From assembly GCA_036525975.1 (NCBI GenBank), contig DATCZK010000001.1:5-64004 (forward strand): a DNA stretch of 64,000 bases, written 5' to 3'. Each line of letters starts with the position of its first letter. Positions within the stretch are counted from its first letter, which is position 1. The position numbers and the translations under genes are program-made. The notes beneath the pieces were generated by a model. That model ran no database searches. It saw only the letters and a list, made by a program, of their open reading frames with translations, and was not told the origin of the DNA. This stretch comes from Burkholderiaceae bacterium (GTDB taxonomy: Bacteria > Pseudomonadota > Gammaproteobacteria > Burkholderiales > Burkholderiaceae_E). Below are positions 6,369-15,120 of this stretch, piece by piece.

Positions 6369-8825
6369 TCAGGTGCCGAGCGCGTGCTGGCGCACGGCGT
6401 CGCCGTGGCTGAACACCCGCTCGTTGAATCGCTCGCCGAGCTGCGTTGCCGCTGCGCGCAGGTCGGCGACGAGCGCGAGCAGCCGCGCGGCGTCGGGGTC
6501 GAGGTCGGCGCCCGGGTCGAGCGACTGCAGCCGCGCGAGCAGCGGTTCGAACAGGTCGCTCCCGCAGGGGCCCACCAGCTTCTCGAGCCTGCCCAGGAAG
6601 TCCACCAGCCCCTTCACCTGGAACATCACCGCGCGCGGGTTGTTCGCGTCGAGCACGAGCAGGTCGAGCACCGGCAGCCACTCGGGGCTGCCGAGGTATC
6701 GCGAGCGGTAAGTGATCGTGGAGTCGGCAAGAGACACCAGCCAGCCGAGGCCCGAATCCCGGCCTTCGGTCATGGCGGCCTCGAGCGCCAGGCACAGCGA
6801 ACCGAGGCGCTCGACCCGCCTGCCGATCGACAGGAATCGCCAGCCGGTGTCGCGCGTCATTGCGTCGAGCACGAAGCCCGACTGGGTCATCAGGCTGCCC
6901 ACGACGCGGTCGAGCCAGCCCGCGGCCTGCGACAGGCTGAGCGGCCTGCCGAAGGCGTGATCCTGCACGAGCCGGTTGAGCGTGCGCCAGTGGTCGTTCG
7001 AGATGCGGTCGCGCAGCGTGAACCCGGCGGCGGACATCCGGCGCAGGCACTGCGCGAGGCCGCCGGGGCGCTGCTCGATCGACGCGGCGGCGAGCAGCGC
7101 GGCGCCCGCGTTCTCGTCGTCCGCCAGCAGGTTCGAGCGGCGACACAGCGCGACCAGCGCGGTGGTGGCCGCCGGGTCTTCGTCGGGCTCGGTCAGCACC
7201 GTGTTCAGGGCGATGCGCAGCAGCCGCGCGATGTCTTCGCTGCGACTCGCGTAGCGCCCGAACCAGAACAGGTTCTCGGCGACCCGCGACGGTATCGAGG
7301 TTCCGGCCCGCACCAGGTCGGCCGGGCCCACGGTGCGCCCGAGCAGCGTGATCGCGGTGTTCACGGGGCCCGCGGCCATCACCCAGGTGTCTTTCGACGA
7401 GCCGCCGCGCTGCATCGACACCACGCGCACGTTGCGCCGCCCCGCAACGCGCGTGAGCCCCCCCGGCATCACCGCGTAGCCGCGCTCGCGCGCCGCCGCG
7501 AACACCCGAAGGCTCATCGCGCGCGCGGCGAGCTCGCCGCCGTTGGCCGCCTCCAGCGCCGGCACGAGCGACAGGTGCACGAGCTCCTGGGCAACGTAGC
7601 GCTCGGGGTTCGCCCGCACGCGATCGCGAAACCGCTCCGCCTCCTCCCCTTCGAGGTCTTCCCCGAACACCGGGTCGAAACGAAACGCCGGGGTGGCCGG
7701 CTTGAACACCAGCGACTCGAAGCGGTTGAAGGCCTCGTCCAGCGCCGCGGGCTCGCCGCACCACCAGGTGGCCACCGACGGCAGCTCGAGCGCCTCGCCC
7801 AGCAGGTGCTGGCTGAGCGCGGGCAGGTAGCCCAGCAGCGAGCCCGACTCGAGCACGCCGGTGCCCAGCGCGTTGGCCACCAGCACGGTGCCGCGGCGCA
7901 TGCACTCGGCGAGCCCGGCCACGCCCAGCGTGGAGTCGGCGCGCAACTCGAGCGGGTCGCACAGGTCCTCGTCGAGGCGACGCAGGATCGCGTGCACGCG
8001 GCGCGGGCCCTCGAGCGTCTTGAGCCAGACCTTGGCTTCGCGCACGGTGAGGTCGGCGCCCTCGACCATCGGGAACCCGAGGTAGCGCGCGAGGATCGCG
8101 TGCTCGAAGTAGGTCTCGTGGTAAGGCCCCGGCGTGAGCAGCACGGTGAGCGTCGCGCCGTCGCCCCCGGGCGCGAGCCGCGCCATCGAAGCCCGCATCG
8201 CGTCGAAGAAGCCGGCCAGCCGCTCCACGTGCATCGCACGGTACGGCTCGGGAAAGATCCGCGACACGATCATGCGGTTCTCCACCGCGTAGCCGGCGCC
8301 TGAGGGCGCCTGCGTGCGGTCCGACAGCACCCACCAGCGGCCGTCGGGCGAGCGCGCGAGGTCGGCCGCGAACAGGTGCAGGAACACGCCGCCCGGCACC
8401 CGCGCGCCGTGCGCGGCGCGCATGAAGCCGCCCGGGCCGAACACCAGCGCGGGCGGGATCATCCCGTCGCGAAGGATGCGCTGCGGCCCGTAGAGGTCCG
8501 CGAGGATCGCGTTGAGCAGCCGGGCGCGCTGCGCGACCCCCGAAGCGATCATCTCCCACTCGTGCGCCGGGATCACCATCGGCAGCGGGTCGAGCTCCCA
8601 CGGCCGGTTCACGCCCTTCGGGTCGGCGTACACGTTGTAGGTGATGCCGATGTCCTGCACCTGGCGCTCCACCGCGGCGAGCCGGTCGCGGATCGCCAGC
8701 GGGCCGGTTTCCGAGAGCGAGGAGAGGAGCTGCGCCCATTGCGCCCGCGGCCGCTCGGGCGTTTCCATCAGCTCGTCGAAGCGCGTCCTCGCGGTGGCGT
8801 ACGAGGCGAGCAGGTCGGTAGGCAT
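6369..8825 (-). CDS. Fusion protein: circularly permuted type-2 ATP-grasp domain (N-terminal about 480 aa) plus alpha-E domain (C-terminal about 310 aa)
   Basis: 818 aa. The N-terminal half has the pattern of the CP_ATPgrasp_2/DUF404-407 proteins (..ITYNVYADPKG..RPWELDPLP.. ; ..YHETYFEHAILARYLGFPMVEGADLTV..). The C-terminal half matches alpha-E (..SRVAENLFWFGRYASRSEDIARLLR..; ..STITYRSRYL..). There is a 2-nt gap to the upstream gene and a 10-nt gap to the downstream gene. Confidence 0.9.
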   Translation of the reverse strand: MPTDLLASYATARTRFDELMETPERPRAQWAQLLSSLSETGPLAIRDRLAAVERQVQDIGITYNVYADPKGVNRPWELDPLPMVIPAHEWEMIASGVAQRARLLNAILADLYGPQRILRDGMIPPALVFGPGGFMRAAHGARVPGGVFLHLFAADLARSPDGRWWVLSDRTQAPSGAGYAVENRMIVSRIFPEPYRAMHVERLAGFFDAMRASMARLAPGGDGATLTVLLTPGPYHETYFEHAILARYLGFPMVEGADLTVREAKVWLKTLEGPRRVHAILRRLDEDLCDPLELRADSTLGVAGLAECMRRGTVLVANALGTGVLESGSLLGYLPALSQHLLGEALELPSVATWWCGEPAALDEAFNRFESLVFKPATPAFRFDPVFGEDLEGEEAERFRDRVRANPERYVAQELVHLSLVPALEAANGGELAARAMSLRVFAAARERGYAVMPGGLTRVAGRRNVRVVSMQRGGSSKDTWVMAAGPVNTAITLLGRTVGPADLVRAGTSIPSRVAENLFWFGRYASRSEDIARLLRIALNTVLTEPDEDPAATTALVALCRRSNLLADDENAGAALLAAASIEQRPGGLAQCLRRMSAAGFTLRDRISNDHWRTLNRLVQDHAFGRPLSLSQAAGWLDRVVGSLMTQSGFVLDAMTRDTGWRFLSIGRRVERLGSLCLALEAAMTEGRDSGLGWLVSLADSTITYRSRYLGSPEWLPVLDLLVLDANNPRAVMFQVKGLVDFLGRLEKLVGPCGSDLFEPLLARLQSLDPGADLDPDAARLLALVADLRAAATQLGERFNERVFSHGDAVRQHALGT

Positions 8826-8827
8826 CG

Positions 8828-11800
8828 TCAGGAGCCGCGTCGCAGGTCGAGCGTGAAGGGGTAGTTCGGGTTCTGCGGCTGCGTCTCGAGCGCCACCTGG
8901 CCGGGCGTGTGCCCCGTCCGGAAGAAGCGGGCCAGCCGCCGCGCCTCAGCCTCGTAGGCGTTGACCGGGAAGGTCTGGTAGTTGCGCCCGCCGGGATGCG
9001 CGACATGATAGCGGCACCCGCCCATCGAGCGGCCCATCCAGCCGTCGACCAGGTCGAAGGTGAGCGGCGCGTGCGGCGCGATCGTCGGGTGCAGGCTCGA
9101 GGCCTGCTGCCACGCGCGGTAGCGCACGCCCGCGACGAACTCGCCCGCGTTGCCGGTGGGCTGGAGCGGCACCCGGCGCCCGTTGCAGTAGATCGCGTGC
9201 CGGTCGTCGATCAGGCCGTGCACCTTCACCTGCAGGCGCTCGAGCGTTGCGTCGACGTAGCGCGCCGTGCCGCCGGGCGCGCCCTCCTCGCCCATCACGT
9301 GCCAGGGCTCCAGCGCCAGCCGCAGCTCCACCTCGACGTTGCGCGCGGCGAAGTCCCCCAACCGCGGGAACCGGAACTCGAAGTGCGGCGCGAACCACTC
9401 GGCCTGCAGCGGGTAGCCCAAGGCCGCGGTCTCCTCGATCACGTCGGCGAAGTCGTCCCAGACGAAATGCGGCAGCATGAAGCGGTCGTGCAGCTCGGTG
9501 CCCCATCGCTTGAGCCGCGCGGGTCGGTAGGGTTGCCGCCAGAAGCGCGAGACCAGCGCGCGCATCAGCAGCTGCTGCGCGAGGCTCATCCGCGCGTGCG
9601 GCGGCATCTCGAAGGCGCGCATCTCCAGCAGCCCGAGCCGCCCGGTGGCGCTGTCGGGCGAGTACAGCTTGTCGATGCAGAATTCCGCGCGGTGGGTGTT
9701 GCCGGTCACGTCCACCAGCAGGTGGCGCAGCAGCCGGTCGATCTGCCAGGGCGGCAGGCTCGGCCCGGCCTGCGACTGCAGCCGCTCGAGTTCGCGAAGC
9801 GCGATCTCGATCTCGTACACCGATTCGTGCCGCGCCTCGTCGATTCGCGGCGCCTGGCTGGTGGGCCCGATGAACAGGCCCGAGAACAGGTACGACAGCG
9901 ACGGGTGGTTGTGCCAGTACGCGACCATGCTCGCGAGCAGGTCGGGCCGGCGCAGGAAGGGCGAATCGCCCGGCGTCGCGCCGCCCAGCACGAAGTGGTT
10001 GCCCCCGCCCGTGCCGGTGTGCCGCCCGTCGATCATGAACTTCTCGCTCGACAGGCGCGTGTGGTGGGCGGCCTCGTAGAGGAACGTGGTCTGCTCGACC
10101 AGCATCCGCCAGTTGTGCGCCGGGTGGACGTTCACTTCGATCACGCCCGGGTCGGGCGTCACGCGCAGCACGGCGAGCCGCGGGTCGCGCGGCGGCTCGT
10201 AGCCCTCCACCACCACCGGCAGGCCCGTCTCGTGCGCGGTGGCCTCGATCGCGGCCACCAGCTCGAGGTAGTCCTCCAGCGCGCTGGTGGGCGGCATGAA
10301 CAGGTGCAGGCGGCCGGCGCGCGTCTCCGCGCACAGCGCCGTGCGCGTGATGTCCGCGGCCGACTCGAACATCGCGGGCGCGCGCTCGTCGGCGGGCGTC
10401 TCGAGGCCGCCCGCTTGCGCAGCGGCGGCGGACGCTGCGCGCGCGCCCGGCGAAACGCCCGCACCCGGCGGCTGCATCAGGATCTGCGCGTGCGAGGGCA
10501 AGGGCGGGAACGACTGCGTCGGGTCCGGCGCGTGCACCCACGGATAGTCCGAGGGCGCGACCCAGGGCTGCGAGTCGAGCGGCAGGCGAAAGCCGATCGG
10601 GGAGTCGCCAGGCACCAGGTAGCAGCGCTCGTCGCGCAGGAACCATCGGCCGCTGCGCCAGCGGCGCGGCCCCTGGCTCGCGCGCGCCACCGGCAGGACG
10701 TGGCCCGCCGGCTTGTCGAGTCCCTCGGTGAAGATGCGGCGAATGCGCGCGCGCTCCTGCGCGTCCTCCAGGCGCGAGTCGAAGGGGTCGACGTTCACCG
10801 GCAGGCGGCGCTCGCGCCAGAGGTAGTACCAGCTGTCCTCGAAGGCGGGAAAGACCAAGCCCGGGTCGAGACCCAGCCTCGCGGCCACGCGCGCGAGAAA
10901 AGCCTGCGACTGCGCGGCCGTGACGCCGTAGTCGGCCTCGTCGTCGGCGATCAGCGCCGGGTCCGACCACACCGGCTGGCCGTCCTTGCGCCAGAACAGG
11001 TTCAGCGACCAGCGCGGCAGCGGCTCGCCGGGGTACCACTTGCCCTGGCCGAAGTGCGACAGGCCCGTGGGCGCGTAGTGGTCGCGCAGCCGCGCGAGCA
11101 GCTCGCCGGCGCGCTTGCGCTTCAGTGGCCCCAGCGCCGCGGTGTTCCACTCCGCGCCGTCGCGGTCGTCGATCGAGACGAAGGTGGGCTCGCCGCCCTG
11201 CGTGAGCCGCACGTCGTTGGCATCGAGGTCTTCGTCGATGCGATGCCCCAGCGCCTCGATCTGCGCCCACTGCGCCTCGGAATAGGGCTTGGTGACGCGG
11301 GGCGCCTCCCAGATCCGCTCCACGCGCATCGCGTGCGAGAACTCGCATTCGGCCGGTTCCACCAGGCCGGTCACGGCAGCCGCCGACGCCGGGTCGGGCG
11401 AGCACGCCACCGGGATGTGCCCCTCGCCCGCGAGCAGCCCCGAGGTGGGGTCGAGCCCGATCCAGCCCGCGCCGGGGAGGTAGACCTCGCACCATGCGTG
11501 CAGATCGGTGAAGTCGGCCTCGGCCCCCGAGGGGCCGTCGAGCGACTTCACGTCGGGCTTGAGCTGGATCAGGTAGCCGGAAGCGAAGCGGGCCGCCAGC
11601 CCGAGGTGGCGAAGGAGCTGCACCAGCAGCCAGCTCGTGTCGCGGCACGACCCCTCGCCGAGCGCGAGCGTCTGCTCGGGCGTCTGCACGCCGGGCTCGA
11701 GCCTGACCAGGTAGCGCGTGTCGGCCTGCAGCTTGCGGTTCACCTCGACCAGGAAATCCACGGTGCCCGTCTCGGGGCGCCGGAGCGCGTCCAGGTACTG

Positions 11801-12184
11801 CGCGAAGCGCGGGGTCGCGGGCTGCCTGACGAGGTACGGCGCGAGCTGGTGGAGCTCGTCGTCGGTGTAGCGGAACGGGAACTTCTCGGCGTAGGGCTCG
11901 AGAAAGAAGTCGAAGGGATTGAACACCGACATCTCGGCGACGAAGTCGACCTCGATCCGCAACGCGTCGGTCTTGTCCGGAAACGCCAGCCGCGCGAGGT
12001 AATTCGCCTGCGGGTCCTGCTGCCAGTTGATGAAGTGCCCGGCCGGCTCGACCCGCATCGAATAGCTGAGGATGCGCGTGCGCGAGTGCGGGCACGGGCG
12101 CAGCCGCACGATCTGCGGGCCGAGCGCGACCGGCCGCTCGTAGCGGTACGACGTGAGGTGATTGAGCGCTACGTGGATCGACAA
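8828..12184 (-). CDS. Large transglutaminase-family protein with a DUF2126-type C-terminal region
   Basis: Sequence shows ..SIHVALNHLTSYRYERPV.. (Bact_transglu_N), EGSCRDTSWLLVQLLRHLGLAARFASGY ... LHAWCEVYLPGAGWIGLDPTSG (transglutaminase core), then a roughly 800-aa conserved extension. The ORF runs to 12229. I prefer TTG at 12184 because GGAG lies 7 nt upstream and homologs as I recall them begin at MSIHV. The start is uncertain by 15 codons. Confidence 0.88.
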   Translation of the reverse strand: MSIHVALNHLTSYRYERPVALGPQIVRLRPCPHSRTRILSYSMRVEPAGHFINWQQDPQANYLARLAFPDKTDALRIEVDFVAEMSVFNPFDFFLEPYAEKFPFRYTDDELHQLAPYLVRQPATPRFAQYLDALRRPETGTVDFLVEVNRKLQADTRYLVRLEPGVQTPEQTLALGEGSCRDTSWLLVQLLRHLGLAARFASGYLIQLKPDVKSLDGPSGAEADFTDLHAWCEVYLPGAGWIGLDPTSGLLAGEGHIPVACSPDPASAAAVTGLVEPAECEFSHAMRVERIWEAPRVTKPYSEAQWAQIEALGHRIDEDLDANDVRLTQGGEPTFVSIDDRDGAEWNTAALGPLKRKRAGELLARLRDHYAPTGLSHFGQGKWYPGEPLPRWSLNLFWRKDGQPVWSDPALIADDEADYGVTAAQSQAFLARVAARLGLDPGLVFPAFEDSWYYLWRERRLPVNVDPFDSRLEDAQERARIRRIFTEGLDKPAGHVLPVARASQGPRRWRSGRWFLRDERCYLVPGDSPIGFRLPLDSQPWVAPSDYPWVHAPDPTQSFPPLPSHAQILMQPPGAGVSPGARAASAAAAQAGGLETPADERAPAMFESAADITRTALCAETRAGRLHLFMPPTSALEDYLELVAAIEATAHETGLPVVVEGYEPPRDPRLAVLRVTPDPGVIEVNVHPAHNWRMLVEQTTFLYEAAHHTRLSSEKFMIDGRHTGTGGGNHFVLGGATPGDSPFLRRPDLLASMVAYWHNHPSLSYLFSGLFIGPTSQAPRIDEARHESVYEIEIALRELERLQSQAGPSLPPWQIDRLLRHLLVDVTGNTHRAEFCIDKLYSPDSATGRLGLLEMRAFEMPPHARMSLAQQLLMRALVSRFWRQPYRPARLKRWGTELHDRFMLPHFVWDDFADVIEETAALGYPLQAEWFAPHFEFRFPRLGDFAARNVEVELRLALEPWHVMGEEGAPGGTARYVDATLERLQVKVHGLIDDRHAIYCNGRRVPLQPTGNAGEFVAGVRYRAWQQASSLHPTIAPHAPLTFDLVDGWMGRSMGGCRYHVAHPGGRNYQTFPVNAYEAEARRLARFFRTGHTPGQVALETQPQNPNYPFTLDLRRGS

Positions 12185-12272
12185 GGTGGAGCTCCGTGGG
12201 TTGTGGACGACCGGGCGCGCGGCCCGCAAGTGCGCGCGCGCGCCGGCGCGCGCTCACCGATCGCCGCGCCGG

Positions 12273-12641
12273 TCATCGCTGCGCGAATGCCCCCGGGCCC
12301 GGCGCCCGCGGGAGCTGCGCGCGCTCGGACTTGCACACGCCCGGCGGGCAGGGGTAGTGATAGTAGCGATCGTTCAGGTAGCGCGAGACCGCGTCGATCT
12401 CCTCGTCGAGCCACACCGCGCCGAGCTCGCGATCCCAGCGCACCACGAACGCCCTGATCTCGGCGAAAGACCGCGCCGCGCGCGGGTTTCGCTGGTGCAC
12501 GCTGCGGTCGTGACAGAGCCCGCAGCGCATCTCGTACAGCACGCGTCCGCGAGCGGTCTCCGGGCTCTGGGCGACGGCGCCCGGCGCGGCGAGCGACAGC
12601 GCCGCCTGAACAACCGCCACCGCCACAACCCTGCCGAGCAT
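12273..12641 (-). CDS. Small secreted c-type cytochrome (single CXXCH), family unclear
   Basis: Start taken at MLGRVVAVAVVQAALSLAAPGAVA/QS (signal peptide). A single CGLCH motif is present. The composition is non-degenerate, unlike the Arg-rich overlapping frames. I could not recognise a family. Confidence 0.55.
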   Translation of the reverse strand: MLGRVVAVAVVQAALSLAAPGAVAQSPETARGRVLYEMRCGLCHDRSVHQRNPRAARSFAEIRAFVVRWDRELGAVWLDEEIDAVSRYLNDRYYHYPCPPGVCKSERAQLPRAPGPGAFAQR

Positions 12642-12741
12642 TGCGCCGCACCTCCCGCGCAGATCGCGCCGCGCTTCCTCTCGCAATGCTAGCAGGTGCG
12701 GGCGAGCGCCCCGGGTTGCGGGGCCGCGGCGCGGGAAACGG

Positions 12742-14919
12742 CTATTTGAGCTCGATCGTGACCGAGCTCTCGCCGACGTTGCCGGCCGCGTCGAAGGCGC
12801 GGGCCGTGATCGTCCACTGCCCGGGCGAAACCTTGCGCGCGTTCCAGTTCACCGAATAGGGCGCGCCGGCGTCGGTGCCCACCAGTTGCCCGTTGGCGTA
12901 GAACTCCACGCGCGCAACCCCGTCGCTGTCGGTGGCGCTGGCCGCGAGCGAGACCCGCCCGCGCTTGAGCACCGCCCCCGCCGACGGGCTGGTCACCGAG
13001 ACCACCGGCGCCACCGCGTCGCTGAACACGACGTAGGTTCCGGTGGCCGACGCGCTGCCGCCGCCCGCCGCCGAGTCGGTGGCGCTCGCCGTGATCGCGT
13101 ACGCGGCGTCGGCGGCCGTGGTTGCCGAAGTCACCGACCAGGTCAGGGTCGCGCTCGCGCCGGGCGCCAGCGCGACGGCCGACGGCGCGAACGAACCCGA
13201 GAGGGCGCCGGGCAGCGCCTGGGTCATGCTGAACGTGCTGCCCGGGCAGGCCGCGCTGTTGCGGTTGGTCACGGTGGCGGTGTACTGCCTGGTCTGGCCG
13301 GGCGCGCCCGACTGGCTCGGCGGGCTGAGCGAAACGGCGGGGGCCGACGGGGTGCACGCCGGCGTGCCGCTCGCCACCGCGACGGTGGCCGCGCCGCCGC
13401 TGATCGACTGCACCGTGACCGAGACGCCGTTCGCCGCGTCGCTGAAGGTGCCGCCCGGGCCGAGCGCGGCGAGGAAATAGGTCTTGCTGCCCAGCGCGCC
13501 GTTGGAGCGGTGCACGCTGATCTGGTTCTTGTAGCCGCTCGAGAGGTTGAAGTCGAAGCCGTCGCCGGTGCGCAGGCTCAGGTAGTAGTGCTCGCCCGTG
13601 TCGGGCTTGGCGATGCGCAGGATCTGCGCGGCGGTCGACGCCGTGTTCGACGTGGACACGATCGAGTACGAGCCGCTCGAGCTCGCGTCGACCACGGTGC
13701 CGGTGGGCTGCCAGCCCGCGGCGATCCGGTTCGACGCGTTGAACTGCACCATCCGCGCACCGCCCATCGGGTCCGAGCCGTCGCCGTACTCGGCGCCGGG
13801 CGTGGCGGCGTGGTGGAAGCGCAGGTTGTGGCCGATCTCGTGCACGAACACGCCGGTGCTGCAGGTGGCCACCCACGACTGCGTGGGGAACGACCCGCCG
13901 AGGTAGGCGAGCCCCGCCCACCCGCAGCTGCTCACCGGCGGGATCGCGTACGAGATGCGCCGGTAGCTCGACAGGTTGATTCCGGCCGCCTGCGCGGCGG
14001 CCTTGAGCGCGCTGCCCCAGCCCGTGTAGTCGCAGGCGCCGCCCGACGAGTAGCCGATGTTGAAGGGTCCGACCACCTGCCCGGAGAACGACACGAGGTC
14101 GCGCGAGGTTTCCCTGTACAGGCGGTTGAGCGACGCGACGCTCGCGTCGGCGCTGAACAGGTTCGTCGCCACCTGCCCGGTGCCGCAGCTGAAGGCCTTG
14201 TCGGTGAAGTTCGCGGCGATCACGAGCGTGGTCTCGTTCACCGGCGCTGCGAGCGGCGTGGACGAAGTCGTGCTGGTCGAGCCCGAGGTGCCTCCGCCGG
14301 AACCGCCGCCCTTATTCGGCGCCGCCAGCGTCTCGACATTGCGGCGGTGGCCCACGACGAGGTGGTCCTTCAACAGCACGCCGCGGATCTTCACGTAGCT
14401 GTCCACGAGCTGGCGCAGCTCGTCGGCCGACAACGAAGCGTCGGCGGCGTCGATGTTCAGCCGCGTGGTCGTGCCGCTGGCGCTCACCTCGAGGAAGAAG
14501 TCCTCGCGCGTGCGGCCGTTGGCGAAGTCGTCGCTCACGCGCCCGAGCACCTTTCCGGTGGCGTCCACTTCCTGCTCCAGCCCGGCCGCGAGCGCCGCCG
14601 GGACCTTCGCGCGCAGCGATCCGGGAAGCGCCGCGAGCAGCACCTTCTCCGGGTTGCTCTTGACGATCGAGTACAGCGCCGCCTGGCGTTGCGCGATCTG
14701 CTCGAGCAGCTGCTGCTGCACCTGCGGCTTGTCCTTCGCCTCGGCGCGCTGCAGCCGTCGCAGGGTCGCGAGCATCTGGTTGGTGAGCACGGTGGCGGTC
14801 TCCCCGGCCGCGGGCTCGGGCTCGTGCGGCCCGTCGTGCGCGTGCGACGGCGAGATCGTCGCGGCAAGAAGGAACAGCGCCGCGATCGCGGCGCGCGGGA
14901 AGTTTCGGGATGCCGGCAT
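12742..14919 (-). CDS. Secreted zinc metalloprotease, metzincin-like (gametolysin/M11-like HExxHxxxxxH), with C-terminal Ig-like domains
   Basis: 725 aa with a signal peptide (..LLAATISPSHA/HDG). There is a Gly/Ser/Thr linker (GGGSGGGTSGSTSTTSST). The zinc motif is VFVHEIGHNLRFHHA, followed by GDGSDPMG. The C-terminus looks like Ig-like repeats (..VARVEFYANGQLVGTDAGAPYSVNWN..). Confidence 0.8.
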   Translation of the reverse strand: MPASRNFPRAAIAALFLLAATISPSHAHDGPHEPEPAAGETATVLTNQMLATLRRLQRAEAKDKPQVQQQLLEQIAQRQAALYSIVKSNPEKVLLAALPGSLRAKVPAALAAGLEQEVDATGKVLGRVSDDFANGRTREDFFLEVSASGTTTRLNIDAADASLSADELRQLVDSYVKIRGVLLKDHLVVGHRRNVETLAAPNKGGGSGGGTSGSTSTTSSTPLAAPVNETTLVIAANFTDKAFSCGTGQVATNLFSADASVASLNRLYRETSRDLVSFSGQVVGPFNIGYSSGGACDYTGWGSALKAAAQAAGINLSSYRRISYAIPPVSSCGWAGLAYLGGSFPTQSWVATCSTGVFVHEIGHNLRFHHAATPGAEYGDGSDPMGGARMVQFNASNRIAAGWQPTGTVVDASSSGSYSIVSTSNTASTAAQILRIAKPDTGEHYYLSLRTGDGFDFNLSSGYKNQISVHRSNGALGSKTYFLAALGPGGTFSDAANGVSVTVQSISGGAATVAVASGTPACTPSAPAVSLSPPSQSGAPGQTRQYTATVTNRNSAACPGSTFSMTQALPGALSGSFAPSAVALAPGASATLTWSVTSATTAADAAYAITASATDSAAGGGSASATGTYVVFSDAVAPVVSVTSPSAGAVLKRGRVSLAASATDSDGVARVEFYANGQLVGTDAGAPYSVNWNARKVSPGQWTITARAFDAAGNVGESSVTIELK

Positions 14920-15120
14920 GGGTGTCCTCTGCGCGCGGCACCTCGGCCTTCACTGGCAGGGCCCTCTCCCGACCAGCCGCCGACGCGGACCGCGCGATCG
15001 AGGCAAATGTCACACGAACCCCCGGCATTTCCGCACGGCGCAGGGACGAGCGGCGCGTATGCCGCGACGCGCGGAACGGCGGCAAATCCCCGTGCCCGCG
15101 AAGCGCGCGGCCGTCGGGGT

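Noticed and set aside
12185-12229. Use of the first in-frame ATG (12229) as the DUF2126 start
   Set aside because: The 15 extra codons (MRAARPVVHNPRSST) have no RBS, and homologues as I recall them begin at MSIHV. TTG at 12184 has GGAG 7 nt upstream. The question remains open, and the longer form cannot be excluded without an alignment.
8909-12457. 1182-aa plus-strand and 1103-aa minus-strand (8946..12257) ORFs overlapping the DUF2126 gene
   Set aside because: Only the 8828..12229 frame shows the transglutaminase Cys/His/Asp core and the conserved N-terminal SIHVALNH..YRY domain. The other frames are Arg/Pro/Ala runs.
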